A stretch of 64,000 bases of DNA from a virus: the IMG/VR virus record IMGVR_UViG_3300035188_001379, positions 96,001-160,000 of that record; one strand, 5' to 3'. The notes under the pieces were generated by a model. That model had not been told where the DNA came from. It did not search any database and saw only the letters and a program-made list of their open reading frames with translations. Shown here piece by piece: positions 53,751-63,444 of this stretch. The translations under genes were made by a program, and so were the position numbers. Every line of letters begins with the position of its first letter. Within the stretch, counting starts at the first letter, position 1.

Positions 53751-56700
53751 ATGTCTAAAACTTTTACAAATATCACTGTCAACGTCGGTAATGGGGCAAT
53801 AAACAACAGACCTATCGTTAATGGGTCTGCAGTTATCGCTACAGGAGGCAGAAACAATGCTACAGTAGCAGGATCTGTGGTACTCAACGGAGGGCTTAAC
53901 TCTAATACAGCGGTAGTCACTGGCACACTCACCATAAACAGTGGAGCAAACAATGCCCCTGTTGTAGGTGCAGCCACAATTAGCGGAGGAACAAACACTG
54001 GAACAATTACAGGCCCAGCCACAATTGATGGAGGAGACAACCTAGGTGCAATCGCAGGAGCAGTTACAATCTCTAGCGGAACTAACGCGGCAGCTATTAC
54101 TGTAGGACCTGTCACAATCAGTGGAGGCTCTAACTCTGGAACCATCGCTGCAGCAACGGTCATCAGCGGTGGCGCTAATTCTGGAGCAATTACTGGCGCT
54201 GTTACAATTTCTAATGGAACAAATACAGGAGCAATTACAGGCCCAGCGACAATCAGTGGAGGGTCTAACTCTGCACCTATTACAGGAGCTGCTATAGTTA
54301 GTGGAGGAGATAACTCAGGAGCTGTTACAGGAGCTGTCACAATTTCTAGCGGAACTAACTCTGGGCCTGTAACAGGACCAGTTAATATCACTGGAGGAAC
54401 AAACACAGGAGCAGTCGCTGGAGCAGTTACAATCAGCGGAGGCTCTAACTCTGCAGCCGTTACCGGCACAGTTCTTGTGAGTGGAGGAACAAATACAGGC
54501 ACTGTAACTGGTAGTGTGCGTGTCACAAATGGCGGCACACAGAACGGGCCAGTGGTCGGTAATCTCTATATAGAAGCAGGGGGCACTATATCTGGCGATA
54601 CAACTATTTCTGGAGGAGGGAAAGTTTATGCCGCTGCTAACGTAGATACGGCTGCGGCTCTGTCGCTAATTCCAACTTTTACAGGTACTGTAGTACAGAC
54701 AACGCAGAACGGAGTACTTACGTCAACCACCTACACAGGGGGAACACCTGGAGCAACTGCGCCTGTTACAGGGATTTTCTATAATCTTGAAGGAGGCAGC
54801 AACGCAGGGAAAGCTTATAGCTATAACGAGCAAGGTGAACCTACGCCAGTCAATACGCCTAAGTTCAATCTTACAGGAGACGGTAAGGCTTATAACTGGA
54901 ATAACGGCGTCAAAGGGAGCTTGTTTACTGGTGTTATCGACGGTGTTACCTATACAAACGGTGTTGAAGGTACTGGAGGCGGTGGTGGAGGTGCTTCTTA
55001 CAATGAATACGCTGTAACCTTTGAGGGCAGCTCAGGTACGCTTTATACGAGTTTGAGCGATACAGTCACCTCAGGCACTGTTTATAGCGACTCCGCATTG
55101 AATCTTCCATTCACAGGGGCTTTTGAATACAACTCTGTTTGGTATTATGCTGACGCTGGTGTACCCAACACCTACAGAGCTTATGGTGTATCGGGCGATA
55201 CCAACGGAGGTGTACTTTACAGCTATCCAGTATTTAACGCAGAACCTGACGAGTTTATCTACACCAACACAGCGCTCACAGCAAAGTACACCGGAGAATA
55301 TCAATACCAGGGAGTGTTTTATTACGCTGAAGACGGTGTGGTAGGACAACTTAAACCTGTCACAGTAACAGGGGACAGTAATGACGGAGTACTGTATATC
55401 GCTGCAGACAGCGGTATTTCGGTAGGAGCGACAGGCTCTCCTGTGTTTACAGACTTTACAGGAGATACGCCGTACGAAGGGCCATTTGTATATAACGGAG
55501 CTTATTTCCGAGCAAACAATGCCGGGGCTTGGACTGCTTTTGATGGTGTAGCGCAGGCTGCTATTAACGGCTCATATTATAATGTAGTTAATGGCAGCTT
55601 AGACTTAGCTTCGACAAACTACGCTGTTGGAGTTAAATTATTTTTTGCTGACAACAGGTACTACACTTTTGATGGAGATGGTTTAGCTGGAATCGCTTTT
55701 AATGGGGCTGTAGACGCAGAAAACTCGTGGTATGAGGTTGTAAACGGGCTCTCTGTGGGGTTGTTTAATGGTATAGCCAAAGACGCTGATAATAATTATA
55801 TCAAGATTACCAGCGGCAGTAACGTGGGGCAGAACATCCCTGATGGAGGCCATAAATTTGCTGAAGACGGACTTTACTACTTATTTGAAAATGGGCAGCT
55901 TGTTCGACTCTTCGAAGGCGGTGCACCGGGAGCTAACGGCACGTACTACAAAGTAGATCAAGGGGTTTTGACTTCAAATGTTTTTGCAGGCGCAGGCTAT
56001 AACCAATGGGGGCAAGCCATGGATTTTAATGGAGGCCTGAGCGGAATTGCGACAAGAGGCTATAAGCAGCTTGTAAGCGACGGCAGACATTATTACTTTA
56101 ATACCATCTATGGCGGTGGCCCTGCTATTAAGCAAACCGTAGCTATACTTACTCCAGATGGCTATCGTGTTGCAGACGACGGTTTTGTAACAGACGAAGT
56201 CTTTTCTGGATTATACCAGGAGTTTTTTGATGCGGGTCAGTATGCCGACGGCTCGCGATATCTGATGATTAATAATGGTAGTGGCGGTATTTTTAGTGGT
56301 ACTGCTTACGACCAAGTCACAGGCTTAGTTCTTAAAATTGTGAACGGCGAGTCTCTAGGAGGACACACCTCGGTGTTTGCAGACAGCTATATTGATGGGG
56401 ATGGTGCGTTTGTAAACTATAATATATCTGAGCTCTATGAGGGATATTATTATAATAATGGTCTTCCTTATAACGGGTTAATTGGTTTCAGTACCCCTGT
56501 AACTGATGAATATAACGTAGTCGTAGGTACGTCACAAGGGGCAGGGTCTTTTGCGTTTTACTTGGGCTGGCCTGAAGGGGAGATTGCCTCAGGGGCTACG
56601 GCAAAATGTACGACAATATCTGTAAGCGCTAACGGCAACGTGATGACAATTGCAGGTGACGTGGACTATGGGGGTCTTTCCTCGTATCCGTCAAAAATGG

Positions 56701-59700
56701 TCCTGTACAATGCTCAGGTTTCTGGCAACGTGCGTGCCATCGCTAACGGTAATAATTTAATGGGGTCTCCTGCAGGTGTGGGCGGCGACTTCAATTGTAA
56801 CAATCTCGGTATTACTAGCCTAAAAGGCGCCCCAATTACCGTAGCGGGAACCTTTAATTGTTCATACAACTATCTCACTAGCTTGCAATATAGCCCAACT
56901 GCTGTAGGAATCTTCAATTGCTTTCACAACCAGCTCAACAGCTTGCAAGGTGCTCCAGCTGTGGTCAACGGATTCAATTGTGGAATCAACCAGCTCGCCA
57001 GCTTGCAAGGTGTTCCAGCTACGGTATACGGAGATTTTGACTGCTCAGGTAACCAGCTCACCAGCCTGCAAGGTTCTCCAGCAACTGTAACAGGAAATTA
57101 CATTTGCTCCAACAATAGCCTCACTAGCTTACAGGGTGTTTTAGCTAGCGTACAGGGAGATTTTGACTGCACTACCAATCAACTCACTAGCCTGCAGGGC
57201 GCTCCAGCCATGGGCGGGAACGGGTCCTTTTACTGTAGCGACAATCAGCTCACAACCTTACAGGGAGCTCCTACAGAAGTACGGGGTAACTTTATGTGTG
57301 TTGGCAACCAGCTCACCAGCTTGCAAGGTGCTCCGGCTGTGGTACAGGGTGTATTTAATTGCTCTGATAATCTAATTACTAGCTTGCAAGGAGGACCAAC
57401 TAGCATACCTGGAGTTTACAATATAGGTCAGTACATTTGCGCCAACAATCAGCTTACTAGCTTACAGGGTGCTCCAACTACAGTAATTTTCTATTTTGAT
57501 TGCGGCTACAACCAGCTCACTAATTTAGTAGGCGGCCCTGTAACTGTTCTTAACGGCTCCTATAACTTCAGCCATAACCCCTTATTGACCAGTTTGAGTG
57601 GGTCCCCAGACAATGTAAATGCAGGTACTGTCTATTATAACAACACAGGATTAACATTACCTACAGTTGCCGCCTCTGTCGGAGGAACCTTGTTTATATA
57701 TTCTGTAAGTGGTGTTGGACGCCAGGCTGTAGCGGCAACTGGAGGAACCCCCACAAGCTTTGCTTACTACCTCGACGGAGTATTGAGTAACTCGTTTACA
57801 ACAACCACTCCTACAAAAGCTGTAGATAACGGAAATTTTTACACCTACACTAACGGAGTACCTACTTTTGAAAAAGCAGGAGTTATTGCAGGTAGAACAG
57901 TGACATATTCTGACGGACAGTATCGTATTACTGGCGACATTTCGATCCAGTCGCAGATGGCCCAGCTACCTGACTTTAGTGGTATACACTTGAATGGAAG
58001 TTTCTATTGTGGCGGTAAGGGACTTACAAGTCTACAAGGTGCACCAGCACAAGTTACTGGGAGTTTTCATTGCCAGGGCAACCCTATTACAAATCTACAA
58101 GGAGCGCCATCGTATGTCGGTGGAGATCTTGTCTGCGGAGAATTTGCGACGTTTACGAGCCTGCAAGGAGGACCTACCACTGTCGGCGGTTACTTTAGGT
58201 GTCGTAACAGTCAAATTACCAGCTTACAGTACGGCCCAACTACCGTAGGAGGTGATTACATTTGCGACAACAATCAGCTTACTAGTATACAGGGAGCTCC
58301 TACATCCTTAACTCGTGTTTTCCTTTGCAACAACAATCAAATCACTAGCTTACAGGGAGGACCAACAGGGTGGATATCTGGTTATAATTGTTCCTACAAT
58401 CAGCTCACTAACTTGCAGGGTGCTCCGTCGAATATAGGTGAAGGCTTTAATTGCAGCAATAACCCGCTAACCAGTTTACAGGGCGCTCCTGGCACTGTGT
58501 TAAACTTTGACTGCAGTTATACAAACATCACTGGCTTAGATATGGGGCCATTGCAAGGAATTCGCTCGTATACTTGCACAAATACGAAGATCACCTCATT
58601 AATCGGAGCCCCTAGTGTGGTGGGTACCGTAAATTCATCTAACCCCGGAGGATTCTATTGTAACAATAATGCGTTCCTCACCACGCTAATCGGTTCACCA
58701 CATACAGTATATGGTGCGTTTAGCTGTCATAGCTGCAGTAGTCTCACAAGCTTTCAAGGAGCACCTGACACAGTTACAGGGCTGTTTAACTTTACAACTT
58801 CAGTAATAAGCTTGCCTAAGGCGTTCTTGACTGCCACAGAAAAGGCTGCAATATACGCTGCATCAGGAGTAACCAGATTATCCCCAAACCCATCAGGATC
58901 TCTTCTAAGTATAGGTTACTTTACCCCTTCAGGGCGAGACGAGAGTTACTCAAGCACTGTCCCACAAAAGGCAGAAGATTCCAATTATTATCTGTATTCC
59001 AACGGCTACGCTATTTTTGATAGAGTGGGTACGGTGGCAGGGATCGAGCTACAATACGCTAATGGACGATACGAGACCATTGGTAGTGTAAGCTTGTCAA
59101 ATAGAGGATTGACTGCTTTGCCTGACTTCACTGGCGTACACATTAAAGGGTCGTTCAGTTGCAATAATAACTTACTTACTGATTTACAAAAAGCACCAGC
59201 AAGCATTCAAGGAGATTTCAACTGCTCCTATAATCAGATCACTTATCTGCGCTGCCCCACTACTAGCGTTGGAGGAGCTTTTAATTGCGGTAATAACCCA
59301 CTTATTAACTTATACGACATGCCTCCAGTAATTTCTGGAGCAGTACAATACGCTAATACACCGAATGTAACACCGTTACCTGGGCTGCATCTTGACAACA
59401 CAGGTGTGTGGTGGATATATAACGCTTCTAGGACTGGTCGAACTCTAGCTATTCCTGCTACAGGTTCGAGAGCTCTAAGCATAGGTTATTATGTAAATGG
59501 TGAGCTAGCTACAAGTTACACGTCAAATACTCCTACAAAAGCAGAAGATAACAATTTCTACACATACAGCCAGGGAAGTCCAAATTTACACAGAGTAGGC
59601 ACGGTTGCTGGGTATGTTTTGGATTACGAGGCAGGAGAGTATGTTTATAATGGTAACGTTGATTTGATGTCTCGCGGACTAACCTCTTTACCTAATTTTA

Positions 59701-60338
59701 GCGGAGTATATGTTAAAGGAAACTTCTACTGCGGGCTTAATCAACTTACGAGTCTAACTGGAGCTCCGTCCAGAGTGCTTTACCATTTTGGATGCCAGGG
59801 CAATCAGCTCACAAGTTTACAGGGCGCTCCTTCGGTTGTAGGATTAAGCTACGATTGCTCAGTTAATCAGCTCACTAGCCTACAGTATTGTGCGACTACC
59901 ATAGGAGGCGACTTTAGATGCCACAATAATCAGCTCACTAGCCTGCAATATGGACCTACAAGTGTATCTGGAGATTTTCTTATAAGTAACAACCAGATTA
60001 CTAGCTTGCAATACATGCCGACTACACTAGGAGGAGGAATACACGCATCTTCTAATTTACTCGCTAGCCTGCAATACTGCCCAGCAACTGTAAACGGAGC
60101 CTTTAATGTTTCCAATAATCGGCTCACTAGCCTGCAATACGGACCTGCCACAGTAACAAGCTTCTACAATTGCGCTAATAACTTAATTAGCAATATGCAA
60201 TATGCTCCGTCAAGTGTACCAGAACAATACATTACATATGGTCCGAATCCAAATCTCGCCCTACCCAGAACTGACGCAGATGTTGCAGGAGTGCTCTGGA
60301 ATTACGGGGCTGCAGGATATATGAGAACCCGAGCCTAG
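53751..60338 (+). CDS. 2195-aa repeat-rich tail fibre / receptor-binding protein candidate
   Basis: N-terminal 17-aa G/T/N repeats, aromatic YY..NG repeats, four blocks of 22-aa NQLTSLQGAP..V.G.F.C repeats. Confidence 0.75.
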   Translation: MSKTFTNITVNVGNGAINNRPIVNGSAVIATGGRNNATVAGSVVLNGGLNSNTAVVTGTLTINSGANNAPVVGAATISGGTNTGTITGPATIDGGDNLGAIAGAVTISSGTNAAAITVGPVTISGGSNSGTIAAATVISGGANSGAITGAVTISNGTNTGAITGPATISGGSNSAPITGAAIVSGGDNSGAVTGAVTISSGTNSGPVTGPVNITGGTNTGAVAGAVTISGGSNSAAVTGTVLVSGGTNTGTVTGSVRVTNGGTQNGPVVGNLYIEAGGTISGDTTISGGGKVYAAANVDTAAALSLIPTFTGTVVQTTQNGVLTSTTYTGGTPGATAPVTGIFYNLEGGSNAGKAYSYNEQGEPTPVNTPKFNLTGDGKAYNWNNGVKGSLFTGVIDGVTYTNGVEGTGGGGGGASYNEYAVTFEGSSGTLYTSLSDTVTSGTVYSDSALNLPFTGAFEYNSVWYYADAGVPNTYRAYGVSGDTNGGVLYSYPVFNAEPDEFIYTNTALTAKYTGEYQYQGVFYYAEDGVVGQLKPVTVTGDSNDGVLYIAADSGISVGATGSPVFTDFTGDTPYEGPFVYNGAYFRANNAGAWTAFDGVAQAAINGSYYNVVNGSLDLASTNYAVGVKLFFADNRYYTFDGDGLAGIAFNGAVDAENSWYEVVNGLSVGLFNGIAKDADNNYIKITSGSNVGQNIPDGGHKFAEDGLYYLFENGQLVRLFEGGAPGANGTYYKVDQGVLTSNVFAGAGYNQWGQAMDFNGGLSGIATRGYKQLVSDGRHYYFNTIYGGGPAIKQTVAILTPDGYRVADDGFVTDEVFSGLYQEFFDAGQYADGSRYLMINNGSGGIFSGTAYDQVTGLVLKIVNGESLGGHTSVFADSYIDGDGAFVNYNISELYEGYYYNNGLPYNGLIGFSTPVTDEYNVVVGTSQGAGSFAFYLGWPEGEIASGATAKCTTISVSANGNVMTIAGDVDYGGLSSYPSKMVLYNAQVSGNVRAIANGNNLMGSPAGVGGDFNCNNLGITSLKGAPITVAGTFNCSYNYLTSLQYSPTAVGIFNCFHNQLNSLQGAPAVVNGFNCGINQLASLQGVPATVYGDFDCSGNQLTSLQGSPATVTGNYICSNNSLTSLQGVLASVQGDFDCTTNQLTSLQGAPAMGGNGSFYCSDNQLTTLQGAPTEVRGNFMCVGNQLTSLQGAPAVVQGVFNCSDNLITSLQGGPTSIPGVYNIGQYICANNQLTSLQGAPTTVIFYFDCGYNQLTNLVGGPVTVLNGSYNFSHNPLLTSLSGSPDNVNAGTVYYNNTGLTLPTVAASVGGTLFIYSVSGVGRQAVAATGGTPTSFAYYLDGVLSNSFTTTTPTKAVDNGNFYTYTNGVPTFEKAGVIAGRTVTYSDGQYRITGDISIQSQMAQLPDFSGIHLNGSFYCGGKGLTSLQGAPAQVTGSFHCQGNPITNLQGAPSYVGGDLVCGEFATFTSLQGGPTTVGGYFRCRNSQITSLQYGPTTVGGDYICDNNQLTSIQGAPTSLTRVFLCNNNQITSLQGGPTGWISGYNCSYNQLTNLQGAPSNIGEGFNCSNNPLTSLQGAPGTVLNFDCSYTNITGLDMGPLQGIRSYTCTNTKITSLIGAPSVVGTVNSSNPGGFYCNNNAFLTTLIGSPHTVYGAFSCHSCSSLTSFQGAPDTVTGLFNFTTSVISLPKAFLTATEKAAIYAASGVTRLSPNPSGSLLSIGYFTPSGRDESYSSTVPQKAEDSNYYLYSNGYAIFDRVGTVAGIELQYANGRYETIGSVSLSNRGLTALPDFTGVHIKGSFSCNNNLLTDLQKAPASIQGDFNCSYNQITYLRCPTTSVGGAFNCGNNPLINLYDMPPVISGAVQYANTPNVTPLPGLHLDNTGVWWIYNASRTGRTLAIPATGSRALSIGYYVNGELATSYTSNTPTKAEDNNFYTYSQGSPNLHRVGTVAGYVLDYEAGEYVYNGNVDLMSRGLTSLPNFSGVYVKGNFYCGLNQLTSLTGAPSRVLYHFGCQGNQLTSLQGAPSVVGLSYDCSVNQLTSLQYCATTIGGDFRCHNNQLTSLQYGPTSVSGDFLISNNQITSLQYMPTTLGGGIHASSNLLASLQYCPATVNGAFNVSNNRLTSLQYGPATVTSFYNCANNLISNMQYAPSSVPEQYITYGPNPNLALPRTDADVAGVLWNYGAAGYMRTRA
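53790..54620 (+). repeat. 17-aa (51-bp) tandem repeats, beta-helix-like
   Basis: Unit ~ TISGG(S/T)NSGAITG(P/A)(A/V). Confidence 0.8.
56770..60230 (+). repeat. 22-aa (66-bp) LRR-like repeats in four blocks
   Basis: Recurrent AA(C/T)CAGCT(C/T)ACTAGC(C/T)T(G/A)CA at DNA level. Confidence 0.85.
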
Positions 60339-60350
60339 GTAAAAAGCGTC

Positions 60351-60445
60351 TATAGTTAAGCAGAAGACTTGAACTGCTTAACTATAGTCAGTAATAAAAA
60401 TATAACTGCCTGCTTGATACTATTCAGGCAGGCAGTTATATTTTG
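60351..60445 (+). terminator. two consecutive inverted repeats; the second is a likely bidirectional terminator
   Basis: TATAGTTAAGCAG/CTGCTTAACTATA; AAAATATAACTGCCTGC/GCAGGCAGTTATATTTT. Confidence 0.7.
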
Positions 60446-60455
60446 TAATTAACGT

Positions 60456-61853
60456 ATGCGTGTAACTATACCTAAAGAAATAAAAGAAAACCTGGAACAG
60501 CTGACCAGCGTTATGATTAACCTGGATGATGTAGCTACTCCAGGCAGAGTCATACCGCAGATTTTACCAATAGCTTACGTAGCGCAAAACGATTATGCCG
60601 AGGTACTAGACTATTTGTGGCAAAGTTGCTCGTACATAAGGTACATAGTTAAGTACAAAGACGGCACAGAAAGCATTATCAGTTTTGATTCTAAAGAAAA
60701 AGCGGCATACACGCAAACAGCCAACAGAAGCGAACGGGAGGTTCACGGTTTTGATGAAATTAATCCTAGAGAAATGCTCGGTTGGTATTTTGGACGCCCG
60801 CCGCGTGAGTACAGTTATAGCAAAGCGAACATCGTTAATGGTGAATTTTTAGATGCGTTAGATTCTTGTAGGCTTATTAAAGGAATCGAGCTGCCCGCTA
60901 CAGGAGTTTTTCGACTCAAGAACGGAGTGGTGTCTTCTAGGGGATTAGTTTATTCTTACGACCTAAGACAACGCTATTTAGAGCTATCTAGATTCTCATC
61001 TTTAGATGAAGTTAACAAAGACGAGGCTGAGCTAAAAATTTATCTAGGTAAAAAACTAGATCGACTGTGTCCAAACACATCGGCCAGGTACTATAAAGGT
61101 AGAGCATTAAATCTATACACATTCTTCAGTAATTATAATTTTTGTCACGGGTTTTTAGATGTATGTGCACTATTAAGCTCTTGCTACTCAGTAGGTATTG
61201 ATTTTAAAGAGTTTGATTGGTTTGTGGTACCTGAAAATAATTTTAGTCTTACCCAAGGACTTTTCGATAGACTAGGTATAGATAAAACAAAAAAGCTAGT
61301 CACAGGCGAAATTAAAGTAGAGGACAAAGTACAAGCGAGAGACTATAGCTTGATGTTTGATGAGTTAGTCACGCCTTCTTTTGATGGCTTTTGTGGCTAT
61401 TATGCTCCGCATGCTTTCGATTTTATCAGATATCTTTACGCAGATGAACTAACCGCACTAGGAAAACGTAGAAAAATTTATCTGAGTCGGGAAGGCTCAG
61501 TTAGAGGAGTGAGTAATGAGCAAGATCTTATCGAACTTTTAAAGAAATATGGCTTTGACGTGGTAAATAGCAGCACGCAAGCTAATATTCCTGAACTAAT
61601 GAGTAATGCGTCTGTCATTATAGGCGCTCACGGAGCAGCGATGGCTAACTGCGTGTTTTGCTCTCCAGGCGCTCGGCTTATAGACTTGCTTCCTGCGGGC
61701 TATCCTTATCCGTATTATATGAGCTTGGCTGACTCGGTTGGGCTAGAATATACGGCATTTGTATGTAAGTCTAAAGGTAAAGGCGCGGCAACTAAAGCTG
61801 ATTTTATGGTAGATATTCCTAGGTTGAAAGTGTTTCTCGACCAGACTTTATGA
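60456..61853 (+). CDS. glycosyltransferase family 61 (DUF563)-like
   Basis: NYNFCHGFLD; KIYLSR...R.VSNEQDL..LLKKYGF; IIGAHGAAMANCVF. Confidence 0.85.
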   Translation: MRVTIPKEIKENLEQLTSVMINLDDVATPGRVIPQILPIAYVAQNDYAEVLDYLWQSCSYIRYIVKYKDGTESIISFDSKEKAAYTQTANRSEREVHGFDEINPREMLGWYFGRPPREYSYSKANIVNGEFLDALDSCRLIKGIELPATGVFRLKNGVVSSRGLVYSYDLRQRYLELSRFSSLDEVNKDEAELKIYLGKKLDRLCPNTSARYYKGRALNLYTFFSNYNFCHGFLDVCALLSSCYSVGIDFKEFDWFVVPENNFSLTQGLFDRLGIDKTKKLVTGEIKVEDKVQARDYSLMFDELVTPSFDGFCGYYAPHAFDFIRYLYADELTALGKRRKIYLSREGSVRGVSNEQDLIELLKKYGFDVVNSSTQANIPELMSNASVIIGAHGAAMANCVFCSPGARLIDLLPAGYPYPYYMSLADSVGLEYTAFVCKSKGKGAATKADFMVDIPRLKVFLDQTL

Positions 61854-62761
61854 ACAACACTCTCTACGTCGTAGTACCCTATTTTAATTTTGTAAACTAT
61901 AAGCGGGGCCAGAAGAACCTCGACAGCTTTCTCGCTACTCTGCAGCATGCCCCTGGGATATCTGTAGTGCTTGTTGAAGGTTACAGAGAAGAGAGGCTTC
62001 CAAGCTATAGCGGAAGAGTGGCAAACCACGTACAAGTATATGTTCCGGATGTATTATGGGTTAAGGAAAATCTTATAAACATTGGATTTAGTTACCTGCC
62101 TGATGACTGGCAGTATGGCGGCTGGTTTGATAGAGATATAATGTTTTTAAACCCTAATTGGCTGCCTGAGACTATAGCCGCTCTAGAAGTTTCTGATATT
62201 GTTCAGCCATGGTCGCAGTGTCTTTACTTAAACAGCAGGCATGAGCATGCCCCTTTAGTTGTGCGTGATAATTCTTACACTTACGCAGAGAGCCTGACTG
62301 GACTGCTCTTAAGAAGAGAGGTTGATGCACAGAATCTGTATAAAGGTAAGCATACGCAGCCAGGACAGGCGTGGACAATCAATAGGAAATATTACGATTA
62401 TCTTGGAGGACTTTATGACAAAGCTATTCTAGGAGGAGCTGACTCACTGTGGTCTATAGGTTTGCTAGGTATTAAGAAATTCTGCGTGCTAGAAGGAATA
62501 GAAGAGGATGCTCAGGAATATCTAGCTAAAGTAAGTACAGCTGTTGTAGGGGCTACACGAGGAGCAATAGTGCATTACTATCACGGAGAAATTAAAAACA
62601 GGCAGTATGTTAGCCGTCACGACATACTCAAAAAGCACGGTTTCAACCCTAAAGACTTTTTGACGTACACACAAGAAGGTGTTCTACGCTACACTGAGGT
62701 GGGTAAAAATATGGAAACGGACGTAATTAATTATTTTCTTGGGCGCCAGGAAGACTTATGA
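61850..62761 (+). CDS. GT-A fold glycosyltransferase-like protein
   Basis: VVPYFN; WVKENLINIG; WFDRDI (DxD); GGADS; HYYHG...RQY..RH. Confidence 0.75.
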   Translation: MNNTLYVVVPYFNFVNYKRGQKNLDSFLATLQHAPGISVVLVEGYREERLPSYSGRVANHVQVYVPDVLWVKENLINIGFSYLPDDWQYGGWFDRDIMFLNPNWLPETIAALEVSDIVQPWSQCLYLNSRHEHAPLVVRDNSYTYAESLTGLLLRREVDAQNLYKGKHTQPGQAWTINRKYYDYLGGLYDKAILGGADSLWSIGLLGIKKFCVLEGIEEDAQEYLAKVSTAVVGATRGAIVHYYHGEIKNRQYVSRHDILKKHGFNPKDFLTYTQEGVLRYTEVGKNMETDVINYFLGRQEDL

Positions 62762-63417
62762 AAAGAATTAACTTTTTTAGTCTGTGTCGCAGTGGACACC
62801 ATGCTGTAATCTTTTGGCTAATTAATAATCTTGGAGGCTGTGAAGAAGAAGTATATTTGCAAAAATACAGTAATCCTTCCTCAGGGTTATTGTACTACAA
62901 CAATATAGGTGTGTATAATCCCACTTTTCCAGAAAACTACACATGGCTCATTACGAACACAGAAGATCGAGAATTTGTCTCGGGTGAGGACAACATCGTA
63001 ATTGTTAGAGATTTTTACAACCTGCTAGCTAGCAGGTATAAAAAGTACGGAGCACTGCTAGGGTTGCGAGAAAAAGATTATATTACAAATTTGCAGGAGC
63101 TCATAGGCTCATGGAAGCAACATGCAAAAACTTTTCTAGACTTCCCTACCAAAGGAATTTCATACAACGCTTGGCTTAAGAGCAAAACTTACAGAGACAG
63201 TGTTGCTGCTAGATTCAGTGTACCCAACGAGATTGACGCTATTGATTACGTACCAAATATGGGAGGAGGCAGCAGTTTTGTAGGGGTACAAAAAGAAAAA
63301 GACATAGAGAGCTATCTTCACAGGTATAAACAAATAGAGCTACCTGAGAGTATAGCTACAGAAGTAAACAGAGATGCGGAGCTTGCCAGCTTAAACACCA
63401 AATTGTTCTTTGCCTAG
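62758..63417 (+). CDS. sulfotransferase-like protein
   Basis: RSGHHAVIFWL (5'-PSB-like loop) and VRDFYNLLASR (3'-PB-like). Confidence 0.65.
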   Translation: MKRINFFSLCRSGHHAVIFWLINNLGGCEEEVYLQKYSNPSSGLLYYNNIGVYNPTFPENYTWLITNTEDREFVSGEDNIVIVRDFYNLLASRYKKYGALLGLREKDYITNLQELIGSWKQHAKTFLDFPTKGISYNAWLKSKTYRDSVAARFSVPNEIDAIDYVPNMGGGSSFVGVQKEKDIESYLHRYKQIELPESIATEVNRDAELASLNTKLFFA

Positions 63418-63444
63418 CATACGTAAGGTTATATAAAACCAGCT

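Noticed and set aside
53696-54538. 280-aa - strand ORF (VPPLIVTAP repeats)
   Set aside because: Antisense shadow of the 17-aa repeat region of the fibre gene; the same applies to 39077..39325 and most other short overlapping ORFs in the track
53751-60338. Diversity-generating retroelement target
   Set aside because: No reverse transcriptase and no non-coding template copy differing only at adenines seen in this window; repeats are in-frame coding units
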